NCBI GenBank assembly: GCA_002794465.1
Contig: MTSL01000149.1
Span: 30,100-62,099, forward strand
Length of the DNA stretch: 32,000 nt
From: Paramicrosporidium saccamoebae KSL3
Taxonomy: Eukaryota > Fungi > Cryptomycota
Direction of reading: 5' to 3'
Below the pieces are notes generated by a model. The model saw only the letters and a program-made list of their open reading frames with translations, searched no databases and was not told the DNA's origin. The position numbers were made by a program, and so were the translations under genes. Every line of letters begins with the position of its first letter. Positions within the stretch are counted from its first letter, which is position 1. Shown here one piece after another: positions 19,907 to 31,720 of the stretch.

Positions 19907-22900
19907 TTATTTCTCATGAGCAACTGCAGTTGGGAGCGCAAATTTACGGGGATCAATGGCAACGCATTTGGTGCGCTGCCATGTCTTGTAGATGCCCACC
20001 AGACGATCCGCCAGCTCAAACATATTGTTTCGCAGACTCACTACAATAAACTGCGCATTTCCTGTGCGTTCCCGGATGTAATGGGCCACAATGGAGACAT
20101 TCCGAAAGTCCAATGCGGCGTCAATCTCGTCCATAATGTAGATTGGCGTTGGTCGGTATGCATGCAGCGCAAACACCAAGGCAAGTGAGCTGAGCGTTTT
20201 TTCGCCGCCCGATAGATTCGAAATGTTCTTCCATGACTTTCGAGGCGGCATGACGCTGAAGAGGACACCTTCTGAGAAGGGGTCGAGACTGTCCACCAAC
20301 TCTAGTTCTGCATTTCCTCCCATAGTGATCAGCTGGTACATTTCTTTGAGTTTTGCGGATATTGTCCGGAAACCGTCCATAAACTCGTCAAAGCGCTTCC
20401 GTCTCAGCTCGTCGTAATTGTGACGGACTGCGTCTCGGTGAGTCTCAATGGTGGATAGCTCAGATTGCTGCTCATGGAGAATGGCCTCTTTGCTTCGGTA
20501 TTCATCGAGAATCTTTAGATTAGGACGCGACTGCTCCAATCGTTGCTTAATAGTGTCAATGGACTGTTTGATCTGGGCCAGGTTCTTTGCAAATTCGGCC
20601 AATTCAACCTCCTCGTATATTGACAGTACGGGTAAAGGCTGACTATGGTCAATATGGTGAAGACGGAGATGTCTCGTCTCTTCCCTGCACGATGCAATCA
20701 ACCTTTCCAACTCGATAATCTTTGACTCATCAGCTTCAATAGCACAGCGGTGTTCATATTCAACCTTGCGGAACTTTGAAACAGACTTGCTCACACTGTC
20801 CAGGGAATCTTTCAGTTCTTGCACCTTGTCACTCCGATTGTCCAAAGTGTTTTGCAGTTTGCTAAACTCTTCCGTGAGCGACACTGCTTTCATGGTGGCT
20901 TCCGTCACGCGCGAATCCAGCTCTGCAAGCTCATTCTCGATTTTTCCAATTGCCGATTCATCGCGCTGTCCAGATCGCAGAGCCGTAAGACGCTTCTCCA
21001 AGGCAACCTTTTCTTTGGCCAATTCAGTTTGACGACGTTCTCCATTCTCAATCTGTTCCTTCAGACCGTCCACTTTGCTGCGCTGTACTTTATATTTGAG
21101 TCCTCCGGCATCAAGAATCTGTTGTTGAATCTTGGAGACGGCCTCTTCGATTGGCACCATCTCTGTTCGAATGGCAGAAATGCGTCCTTCCGCCGTCTCA
21201 ATGTCTCTTGCCAATTTCTTTCGTTCTTTCTCATCATCGCTGGAGATGGTGTGTTCCGCGACCTGGGCCAATTCGTGCAACCTCTTCTGGATCATTTCCA
21301 GTTCAACCGGAAGAGATTCCAACATTCCCTTGAGCAGAGATAATTCGGCCTCGGTACGAATCAGCTGCTCTTCATTGTCGGCGAGTGCAGTCTTTTCCCT
21401 TCCAATGGAAGCAGTGACCTGCTTCAACTCTTCTTGGGCTTCTCGACACTTTTCCTGAAGCAGCTTTACTTGCTCATCACTCACCTGCTCTCCTTTGAAT
21501 TGAGTGCCCATCCCTCCTCGCCTCACTTGTCCTCCGCCAGAGACGGTTCCGCTCATTTCAAACAGCTTTCCATCAACGGTGACAACACGCCAGCGTTTCT
21601 TTCCATAAGCCCACGCCTGCGCCTCACCAAGGGAGGAGGCTACCAATGTGTCAGTAAGCGCAAAGTACATGGCATCCACAAAGCGGTCATTTCCAAGTCT
21701 CACCAGATCAAACAGTCTCTGCGCACCAGTGGGAAGATCGCGCGGAGGCTCACGCATGGCAGCTCTCATCTTGTCCAGAACAATAAAATTGGCACGTCCC
21801 ACATTGTTGCGTCGCAAGAATTCAATGCATTTCTGTCCCACATCGGTAGTGTCTACCACGATATGATCGAGATAGCTGCAGGCAGTGGCGATGGCAACAT
21901 CGAATTGGGCGTCAATGGCTCCAAGATCGCCGAGACGACCATGGATTCCCTTAATACGCCCCGACTTTGACTCTTTCATCAATGCCTTGTAGGAGGCACT
22001 TCCAGATTCATTCTGCTGCATTGATGCCATTGCCTCGGCAGTTGTTGATTGCAAAAGCTGGAGTTGTTTGGTTCGGTTGCTATTTTCTTCCTCGAGACGC
22101 TTAATATGTTCGGCTATTGTCTCTAAATTGCGTTTCATTCCCTTTCTCTGCTTCTCAAGTGTTGTCATTTTGCGTTCAGCATTTGCCACCTCTTCCCGCA
22201 CCTCTCCACCACGGGTAGTGAGCTTTAACTGTTCAATCTTTCCCACCTGACCCTTTTCGTCAATTAATGACAATGCCGCCTTGGAGACATCCAGTTCACT
22301 CTGAACAACGCGTAGCTTTTCTTGCAGTGGAGCCAACTCTTTCTGCTTGGCGTCCAGTTCCTTCTGATGCTTTGCGGTTACTCCTTTGAGGGATGAGCTG
22401 ATCTTGTCCAGCTCGCCACTAGCTTTTTCTAATTCAGCACGGCTGCTTTCCATTTCGCCATCAAGACGCTTTGCAGTGACCGAGGAATCTTCGATGCCTC
22501 TCGTCAGCTCAGCTTCCAATTTTGAACTCTAAACATGAGGCCGCATAAAAGAGCTTACGTCAGCCGATTGCTTGGTCAGCGATTTCAACTTATTCTTCAA
22601 GTGCTTGCGCGTTTCCTGCATTTTTACATCATTCTGCTCCAAAGCGGACAGTTCAGCCTGCAGTTTGCGAGTCTTTTTCTCCAATTCCTACAAATGTCAA
22701 ACTCGATTAAATGGTCAGGTACGGCTGTCTCGGCAGATGCCTCTCTGAGACTATTTTCCAACTCTTCGGCCTTTTCCGATGCTGCCTGATTCTGATCCCG
22801 CTCCCTTTGTAGCTCAATCTTTCTGGCCTCCACCCGTGTTTTGGTTTTGACGAGGTCCTTCTCTGACAGCCAAATGGTGGACTGTAATAGCTCGGACCGT

Positions 22901-23754
22901 TTCTCAGTCTGTGTATTCTCCTGTCGCAAGTACGACTCTGCCTCTTCCTTTTCTCCCACCAATGCTGCACATTCTCGTTCCGCTGCTCTTACCCTTAGGA
23001 ACTTGTCCGCATGTCCCGCACTGGCCTGATCCAACTCTTCTGCCGTCTTGTTGATTGACTCGATATATTGGTTGGTTCCAATAATGTCCTCCAGATATTC
23101 CAACAGGCCCTCTTCGTGTTCCGTGGCGCCTTTTGGCTTCATCATGGCAATAGCCTCAACCTCTCCTTGAAGAATAAGGAAGCGTTTATGGTCAAGATCG
23201 ATTCCATGGCTGCGGAGAAGGGCAGTGATTTCAGTATAATTGCTGGAGGCACCGTTTAGAGAGTAGACATTACGACTGTTACGCCATGCCGTCCTCGCCA
23301 CCACCAATTCTGTCCCAGGAACAATCTGATACGATTCACCGCCCTAAAAGTCAGCGACATTGGGCAAAAGCTTACGAAATCTTGGATGCGGTGAAAGTGA
23401 ACCTCAACTGTGCACGACTCTACCTCTGTAAGGCCCTCAGAGACGTGTATGAGGTCGGCCAGCTTTGTCTGTCGCATTTTGCGCGCACGATATCCGAGCA
23501 CAAACATAATGGCATCGATGACATTTGATTTTCCTGATCCATTAGGTCCCACAATGGAGGAGAATGACTATAATTCGTAATCATATATAATGGATACTTA
23601 CTTTGTGGAAGGGCCCGATTTCCTGGCGACCAGCATATGACTTGAAATTCTCTGCCACAATTTTGTGGATTATAAGGCGGTCAGTAGGTCCAGTATTAGC
23701 ACGGGCATTGGTATCAAGTTCATCGACTTTAGCAAGTGCTTCAGTGCTTAACAT
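19907..23754 (-). CDS. SMC4: Condensin ATPase subunit Smc4 (~1238 aa); introns 23568-23601, 23344-23375, 22688-22722, 22529-22558
   Basis: ENFKSYAG, Walker [37 protein letters not shown], hinge [13 protein letters not shown], signature [11 protein letters not shown], Walker B/D-loop [11 protein letters not shown]. Confidence 0.97.
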
Positions 23755-23925
23755 CTTTGCTGTATTCGAATCCCGCCAACGAAACGAACAATCATTTCTC
23801 CTTAACCACTGAAGATCAACGTGCATGCACAACACGCACAAGTGAACACGAATTCACAGCTGGCTTAGGATAAAGGGGGATTAGCTATTTACAATGTTCC
23901 TTTTGACCGCACAACATGTAGTTTA

Positions 23926-25211
23926 TTATGCTGGAGGATAAAAGTTCATAAATAATACAGATCCAATCAAAGCATAGCCTAAATTTACCCCGACAATTGC
24001 AGATTTGACCCTGTCTGATCCGGTGGTAAAAAAGTGCGCCCAGGCCCAATATAATACTGGCTGGAATGAAAATAACCGAGCAATGATCTGGATATGGACA
24101 ACAATGATAGAATACACAAGTAGAAGGAATAGTAGAACAAAGTGTGGAAGCATAATGTCTCGCAATAAAAAGCTCTTCTTGGACGAGTTAGAGAAGGCAC
24201 CCAATGATATAACTCTCCTCCAGTCTGAATAAAAATACATCCAACAAGCCGAGGCACACAACGTGACGACCGGCCAGGCGATCAGGAAATTTGGCACCTG
24301 GGACAGCTTCCAATACCGAAAAGCGCCGACATTCCAATAGTTTTGTTGGACAAAGCTGTAAATGTTTGGAACAGGGTGGGCACACCAGGGACGAGTAGGA
24401 TTTGGAACACAGTAAGAATGGTATCCATAGTACTGAAATCCCAAAAACCCAGCCGCTGAGATTATAATAGCGAGCGATTCGCGAATCAACACTCGCACTC
24501 CGAGACGACCTTTGGCAAGATGCATCCACAGATCATACAGAAAAAATCCTACCAGCACTATTCCATTTGATCTGGTCAGTCCTGCCAAGCACCAGAGTAC
24601 CGATGCTAAAATGCGCTGTCGCTGATAGAATGCTAACAGTCCCGCAGTAGTCAAAAACGAAAACAGGCTTTCGGCATATCTATCATATTAGACATACCCC
24701 CCAAAAATACAGAGCCGTCTGGAATGGATACGCAACGCTCAGCGTGGCAAATGCTGCCGAGACAAAGGCAAAATGTTCGTCAGCACCAAGTGTCAATGAC
24801 AACCTACCAAAATCAGCAAATAGTCAATTATAACCGAAAAATATTGACGACTGTAAAGAAATGACACAGATTGGCAAGCAGCACGCCAACAAGTAGACAT
24901 CCCGTCAACATTGGCACACCAATCCATTTCAGACACTCAGCCCCCAGTCTCATCATCGCGGGGAGCAGTGGAAAGAAGGCGTGCTGATTCTCAAACTCGT
25001 AGCCGTGCATTGCAATTTGCAGAAAATATGCAGAGTCCCATCGTGCAAATGGCGCTAGGACGGTGCTTAAAAGGTCAGACGAGTCGACTTGAGAGAGGAG
25101 CAGCTCTGTGTGGCTGTTGTACGGGTATAGAAAGCGAGCACTGAAGAGAGCAAGAAGCAGCGAGAGTCCCTTTACGAAAAGAAAGAGGCGGAGTAATCTG
25201 CCCGCATACAT
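23926..25211 (-). CDS. GPI18: GPI mannosyltransferase 2 (PIG-V; ~407 aa); introns 24804-24834 and 24680-24710
   Basis: RWDSAYF..IA.HGYEFENQHAFFP; spliced TALYAESLF; TRSNG, YSFVQQNYWNVG.FRYWKLSQVPNF, IIARLFS.QP.LYW, FMNFYPPA. Confidence 0.92.
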
Positions 25212-25245
25212 TGTTGGTCGAGCGTGAACACCCTTGCTGAATGAG

Positions 25246-26315
25246 ATGACGAGGGAGGAGGAGCTCGATGGTTTGGTCGAGGAAGCTTGGAACACAAATG
25301 GTATCAAATGATGACTCGTTCGCTCATGTTAGATGCATATATTAATGAGGAGCTACTAAGGCGAATATTAGTACTGTGGAAGCCAGGACAGAACACTGAA
25401 GACGATGCTCTCATTCTAGTTAAAGTTCTGCGGTCGTTTCAAAGGACGACAGATGATGTCGACTACGCTACTATAGCTCTAGGGTGCCTGCCACAGTGGA
25501 CACGTTTACTTCGCCCCTATTTTGAGGAGGCAAAGATGGCTACTGTGCCACCAACAGTCCTCGTTCGCCAGCAACTAAACCCAACAGTCGATTCTGAGCG
25601 ACTTGGAATCTGGGACAACTCTTGTAGCTGGAGGAAGGATCTTCGCGTCCCAGAGGCTTTTCTGTTCTGCCTCACTTGTCTTTCCGACAGAGCTATCACA
25701 AATTTAGAAGGTGCTAGCAAGCTGATCCCGTTCTTAATCCATCTTGCAGAAGACTATGTACCTGATTTTCGCATCATTGGCGCAAATTGTATAAGACAGT
25801 TCCTGCGAGTTACTGTTCCCAAGGTCACCACGCAGATGCAAATCGACCTGTTATTCCACCAGATCTTGATGAAGAACTTTGCGTTTGAAAGCTTTGAATT
25901 AAAGAGAGTTTCCTTAGAATGTCTTTTACAAGATTTATACACGCTGGAGACGCTGGGCGCCGACCGGCAACTCGCTTGGCTTGAGGAATTGCTGCGTTTG
26001 ATATTGAAAGAGGCGGCTTTTACAAAGGAGACGGATATTGTTTTGTTATATCTGGAAATGCTGGTCCCACTTGTACGGCTACTTGGACCTGCGACAATCT
26101 GCCATTTACAGTCATTGCTCTCTCTTGTTGTTGATTCCACCGGGAACCGTGAACTGCTTGATCGTCTATCCCCGCTATTATTGGCCATCTTTGATACTGC
26201 ATGGCCACGACTGCATGGACACGTAGTGATCATTGAAGAAATCATGTCCCGTTTCGAAGATGCCCACATTGACTCTTCTCTATTCAAAGAACGGATCAAA
26301 TTAATAAAGCAATAA
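25246..26315 (+). CDS. TTI2: TTT-complex subunit Tti2-like HEAT protein (~345 aa); probable intron 25301-25332 (alternative start 25308)
   Basis: LIPFLIHLAEDYVPDFRIIGANCI, LGPATICHLQSLL and TAWPRLHGH resemble conserved Tti2 blocks as I recall them; not searched. Confidence 0.65.
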
Positions 26316-26391
26316 TTGTCCGAGTGTGAGATGGTTAACTGCGGGCCAGGGATATCAATAAAGGGCCTTTACTCATAACCTCACATTGTTG

Positions 26392-28908
26392 ATGCTCTCA
26401 AAAGGGCAGCGTCTTTTCCTGGAACAATTCACTGCCACTCCAAAGAACGACGACAAACAATGGGAGACGCTCCTTGGGATTGCAGATTTCATGGTGAGGA
26501 CAAGCCAGGTCCTGGATGCAGCTCTACGGACCGTGCTAATAAGTCAAAGCTGTGTGGACATCCGGTTGTCTGATTGTGCGCGGAGAACACTCGAGTCCGC
26601 TGTCAATTATGCATTGCGGTCACTAGAGTCGGATGATATAATGGAAGTGGGTTTGGTATTTGCAAATCTCACTAAAAAGAATGGCATGAAGGGCGCGGCC
26701 AGCTTGCAGAGTGGCGCCATAAAGCGTCTCCTGAAAAGACCGACTGTCAATGAAACCATTGTAAAACTTTTAATGGCATCAGTGGATGAGATGAGTGAAT
26801 TTCTGGCAGAGATTGTCTCTAATAATGGCTGGTCTCAGCAAGTTGTCAATTTGCTGACGCAAATCGTGACGAGAATGGATTATGATGCAAGGAGCAATAT
26901 AATAGAGGGGCTCCCTGTGAGCCAGGTGGATGAACTACCTTTTTTGATGGACCTGGTCAAGAATATTGGTTGCGATATCGACATGATCTTGCGCTTGCAT
27001 GACCATCTTGTGAAGCATAGATATCCATTTCAGCACTGTGAACGCTTCCGGATGCTGTTGGAATGCACACCATTGACAAACAAGTGGGCAATCGCCAACA
27101 TTTGCTCCAACGCTGAGCGGTTTATTGTGCAAAGTCACGACGGGAGTGGCCTTACTGGGCTGGCCAGTGTGATTTCTGCATTGATCGTGGTTGACAGTGC
27201 AGACATTGATCGTGTTTTAGGTGCGCTGTGTAGGGCAATTGAAAAATGTACGCATTTTGATCCGCAAATGGTCTCTGTGCTATCCGAGCTGGTCTGTTCA
27301 ACAGTCAATTTGCATTTAAAATCCTCCCAAGATGCCTGGACCGCTATTTGCCAGAACGCATCCGCTTTGGAATTGATTTTGGATGCTGTGATGACCTCTC
27401 CGAAGCCGTGGTTGCTGTACAATCAATCTCTGGCCACGGGACTCGACTTTCGTGTGCCACAGCAAAGTTCCATTCGCTCTAAAACTCTAGCCAGTATTGC
27501 ACATTTGCTATCATGTACACTTCGATCTGGCTGCCCATTGAGCAAGGTAATAGATGTGGTCATTTTTATTCATCAATAGGAGCCATGTGATACTCTCATT
27601 CTCTTGATAGGCGTCTTGGTAAAGGCACCATTTTCATCGACTGTTTCAGGTCCTGCAGACTTTGCACAGTCAAATTATCCATTGATCTGTAGCATTTTTG
27701 CAGACTTGTGTTTGTATCAAGTAAGAAATTCCTGGAAAACCTGGCGACAGCTTACCACAGAGTACTGCTTTGCTGCTCCATGGATTTTGTATGGAAAGAC
27801 TGTATGGCACATGTACATCCCTCCGGCATTGTATCGGCAATGGTTAAGCCGGGCGGATGTATGCCCCACAGAAATCGCTGATTTAAAGACTGGCTTCAGG
27901 GATCAGATTATCGGCACTGCGATTCTTGATCTGCTACACTGGAATGTACCCGATACTGGCGTGCTTCTGGCGCAAATGCGGCATGTTTTTAGTTTGAGCA
28001 AAGATTTCACAGAATTGATCCGAATGGAAATTACCAATTCTAAGATTTGGTCCCTGTTTCCGCAGTGTACACTGGCTAGTTTGGACTTGATTGTCGTCGG
28101 AAGGGAACAGCACGCACTGAAAGTCATCTTGGGAATTTTGGATTATCCGTGGGAAAACTACACTCTAGAAGGCATCATTATCAAAATGATAAAAGTCTTT
28201 TGTGAAAGACAGTGCTTCTCTTTCAACGTCTTTACCTCCATTGCCAGGATTGTACATGCCACCGGCTCCTCGGCTGCAATTGATGAACTGGATTTGCTAC
28301 TGGACTCGGTCTGTACATTAAATGCTCCCATTTTTCCTGCAACAGTACAGATGACTACCGTCGTGAGCGACTTTCTGCTAACCCGTCTCACTAGCATCAT
28401 CTTTGCCAAACCCCAACTATCAGCCTGCGACAACATGCGTTCTCTCTTGCGAGGGATCTTGAGAGCATTACCGCAGTCCTGGATAGCCAAGTTCCTGACT
28501 AACCTGCTCCCCTTGCTCGTTGATATGCAAGCGAATGATTTTTTATCCTTGTTTCGGCGGTTCGTTACGCAGGTCGTCTTGGAGCGACCAGTTCGGCTGC
28601 ACGGCCTCCCGTTAGGGTTCTTTGATATAGATGAAGACCTGAACGTGTCTCACGCTGCTGATGACGTCACAGATGATGGCAATGATGAGCTGCACGTTCA
28701 TATACTTACTCCCATGCAATGTTGTTCCAAAATGACAATTGATTTGCGGATTCTTGGAGCAGTATATGCTGATTTTGCTCGACCGGGACAAATCCTGGTA
28801 CTTGCCAAGGCTGAAGAATTGGGCTATAAGGACGAAGACATGGCATCCAATGGACTGGTCGCTGCGTGTGGCGAATATAATCCATTGTTTGACATAATCC
28901 TACGCTGA
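26392..28908 (+). CDS. Large alpha-helical (ARM/HEAT-like) hypothetical protein (~827 aa); intron 27547-27579 joins the two track ORFs
   Basis: A 33-nt GTAATA...TAG phase-0 intron fuses 26386-27579 and 27604-28908 in frame; the sequence is Leu-rich and helical; family not recognised. Confidence 0.7.
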
Positions 28909-29066
28909 TTTTTGAACACACTTGCCCAGTAGTTAGGACTGTGAATTTGTCAATATGAAAAACTCGTTTCATTGGTGAAAAAGTCAGCCGACCAATTAAA
29001 GTTGTCCAATTGAAACACTCGTCAGTTCCGCCTATATGGGCCTAGTGGCCTGCATCTGGCTCTGAA

Positions 29067-30746
29067 ATGGGCGTAAAGATCTCTGAAGACTTGGAGGACG
29101 TTGACATTGCAGAGGTAGAGAAGGAATATCTCCTAGGCAAAACCAGCACCGTCAATGTCAAGAGCATCTTGCTGTTGTTTGGTGAAGGAGTTCTCTTTAC
29201 CCTCCTCGCGCTGCTCCCAGCCTTTTTCGTTTGGTTATGCACTGAATTTACAGAATATGACCTGGTTGTTATCAAGGCATCGTCTGGAAGCGACACTCGC
29301 ATGGAATTTATTCGCTGGTCAGTGTTCTCAGCCGTCCTGTACAGCACCTATCTGTCTCTGCTTGTGTCTATTCAGATTGCCCCCAGTATCTTGCTCTGGT
29401 GTATTGAGTCTCTCCGAGGCCGTATCTCTTACACTGCTCGTCGTCAACTGCACCATGCCCGCAACGTGGAACACTGGATTGCTGTTGCCGTCTTTTTTAT
29501 TGCTATTTCCTTTGTCAGCGCACGTCTAATGTACAACACGAGCTTCATCAGCACACTGACAGTGACAATGAGCGGTCAAACGACTGATCAGACGGGAGAC
29601 TTGATTCTGGAGAGATTGTACGTGCTGATTGTACTTATGGCTGTATCGGTGGCGGCTGGCCGCTACCTGCTATCAGTGATATCTTATAGCTTCCTGCAGA
29701 CTGCATTTGCCAAAAGAATTCACATTTGCAACTACAAGTACAGCGTACTGTATCGATTATTTAGCGCACTGTCACGTGGTATCCCATCGGAAAGAAAAAA
29801 GGTTAGTCGTCGCTCGTCGACAGTGTCCTTGGCGCCCGACACTGGAATGGATTTGTCGTCGGGGAAGCGTTCAGAGGAGATTGCTGATCTCATATTTGAA
29901 AAGTTGTGTCCGTCTACGCGAGAGTATTTGCGTGAAGATGACTTTAGCCCGTATTTTGATGCTGACCAGGTGACCAAGGCCTTTAATGTATTCAATGTAC
30001 AAGACACGCCTCGTGTAGAAATTAACGAATTCCGCGAGTCTATCCATCAAATCCACGAGGAACGCCACAACATTACTCGCTCCTTATACTGCCACAATCA
30101 TATTGTCCGCAAATTGGGCTACATTTTTGATGGTCTTGCTGCCATCATGACGGTACTCTTTGGCGTGGCCTTGTTCAAGCTCCAGACTGCCGCGGTCGTG
30201 GTGGTATTTGGGACTGTTTACATTGGCTTGAATTTCGCCGTCCAAACCGGACTGCGGGGGGCCTATGATGCGTTGCACTTTATCTTTGTTGCGCACGTAT
30301 TTGACGTCGGTGATCGAGTAATAATTAATGGAGTGAGCTTGCTAGTGGAGAGGATTGATGTATTTACGACGTTGTTCCGGCAAGCAGACGGCACGGCGGT
30401 GTATATTGCAAATAGCAATCTGACCAACGCCAAGATTTACAACATTCGTCGCTCAGGTCACAGTAGCGAGCTATTCCCAGTCGAGACTGACACTACGGCT
30501 TCCACGGAAAAGATATGGCTACTGCGCGATGCATTGGTGCAGTTCACCTCTGAACACCCACGAGAGTTTACGGGATTGGTTGAGGTAAACGCGCTAGAGG
30601 TTGTTAATGCTACAACTACAAAAGTTGTGCTCCAAGTAGAGTTCCTTGGAAACTTTCAGAACATTTCTACATTGACAATGCGCAAAAACTTAATCTCGAG
30701 CGAAATTGACAGAATCGTAGATCGTCTCTCTCTAAAACCACGATAA
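29067..30746 (+). CDS. MscS-family mechanosensitive channel with EF-hand-like segment (fungal Msy1/2, microsporidian MscS1-like; 559 aa)
   Basis: N-terminal TM helices; LREDDFSPYF...AFNVFNVQDTPRVEINEF; FIFVAHVFDVGDRV.I.G..LLVERIDVFTTLFRQADG..VYIANSNL...KIYNIRRS. Confidence 0.9.
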   Translation: MGVKISEDLEDVDIAEVEKEYLLGKTSTVNVKSILLLFGEGVLFTLLALLPAFFVWLCTEFTEYDLVVIKASSGSDTRMEFIRWSVFSAVLYSTYLSLLVSIQIAPSILLWCIESLRGRISYTARRQLHHARNVEHWIAVAVFFIAISFVSARLMYNTSFISTLTVTMSGQTTDQTGDLILERLYVLIVLMAVSVAAGRYLLSVISYSFLQTAFAKRIHICNYKYSVLYRLFSALSRGIPSERKKVSRRSSTVSLAPDTGMDLSSGKRSEEIADLIFEKLCPSTREYLREDDFSPYFDADQVTKAFNVFNVQDTPRVEINEFRESIHQIHEERHNITRSLYCHNHIVRKLGYIFDGLAAIMTVLFGVALFKLQTAAVVVVFGTVYIGLNFAVQTGLRGAYDALHFIFVAHVFDVGDRVIINGVSLLVERIDVFTTLFRQADGTAVYIANSNLTNAKIYNIRRSGHSSELFPVETDTTASTEKIWLLRDALVQFTSEHPREFTGLVEVNALEVVNATTTKVVLQVEFLGNFQNISTLTMRKNLISSEIDRIVDRLSLKPR

Positions 30747-30953
30747 ACACTATTGAACTGACTTTTTACGCGGCCCATGGCAGGGAGGGTCGATCTAATA
30801 AACACTAGTGAAATGACTTTTTATGTACCCTATAGTGCATTAATTATTTACAATTCTAATAACAAAACGCAGGCTGATCCCGTAGATTTTTTCCATGGCC
30901 AGAGACGGAATCGACGCACTTCTATCGTGGATTGTCATTCTCAATGTTCAACA

Positions 30954-31472
30954 CTAGTCGTTGTAGAAAAAGGCTGGTTCTACGTTGCCATCCACATGTC
31001 TGGATCCCACTACCAGCTTGGGCACCAATCTTTGCAATGCTTTGTTAACAAATGCGCTTCTCAGCCTCACCATGTCAAACCTTAAGAATACCAACGGAGT
31101 TTCTGACACGGCCATCCTTTCCACTGCCTCTCGACTCGCGCCTTCGGCAGCTACTAGCACCCCCACTCCGCTCCCCACGGTGCCCTCCAGCTCTCGCACA
31201 TATGCTGGTGGACAGGGCCGGCTAATGTATTTGCATTGGACAACAACGGGGAGTGGCGTGGGAAGCTGCCACTGGCCACAAAGGTCGATGCCCCCGTCAG
31301 AACGGCCACCAACATGGCGTGTGGTGATTCCGATGGTACGCAACATGGCTTGGCATCTTTCTTCATAGCGACGGCCTATGGTGGCATGGGATTGCTCGCC
31401 AGTCTTCGGAATAGTACTATAAAGTCGGTATACATGAAGCCGCCCTATATGGGGCAAGTGCATTAATCCCAT
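30954..31472 (-). CDS. RRG7: RRG7/DUF2034-like Mrr-type PD-(D/E)XK nuclease-fold protein, probably mitochondrial (172 aa)
   Basis: GRRYEERC...HVGGRSDGGIDL.G.W...VVVQCK...P.YVRELEG; the N-terminus is Arg-containing and acid-free (MGLMHLPHIGRLHVYRLYS). Confidence 0.7.
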   Translation of the reverse strand: MGLMHLPHIGRLHVYRLYSTIPKTGEQSHATIGRRYEERCQAMLRTIGITTRHVGGRSDGGIDLCGQWQLPTPLPVVVQCKYISRPCPPAYVRELEGTVGSGVGVLVAAEGASREAVERMAVSETPLVFLRFDMVRLRSAFVNKALQRLVPKLVVGSRHVDGNVEPAFFYND

Positions 31473-31710
31473 GTCTGTCTATGAGCATCTTTTGCATTTT
31501 ACGATTTGTCTATGGGCGACAGAGGACTGTTTATTAACAACTGGTATGGACTCAGCGGCATAGTGGCACTATGCTAAAACATAGGTAGAGTATCAATCCC
31601 TTCACTCTTCACTCTTCACCTCCGACTCCGACTCCTTTCTGCGTTTGCTCACACAAATACCCAGCTAATCATTTCACCACTTTACATCAGGACGCAATAT
31701 CTGGTGGGCC

Positions 31711-31720
31711 TATATAAAAG
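31711..31720 (+). promoter_or_regulatory. TATA box candidate (TATATAAAAG)
   Basis: Consensus match in the divergent intergenic region between RRG7 and the terminal ORF. Confidence 0.4.

Noticed and set aside
30954-31472. RRG7-like gene as a bacterial restriction-modification or defence system
   Set aside because: There is no methyltransferase or prokaryotic context; it matches a vertically inherited fungal family with an organellar-type N-terminus.
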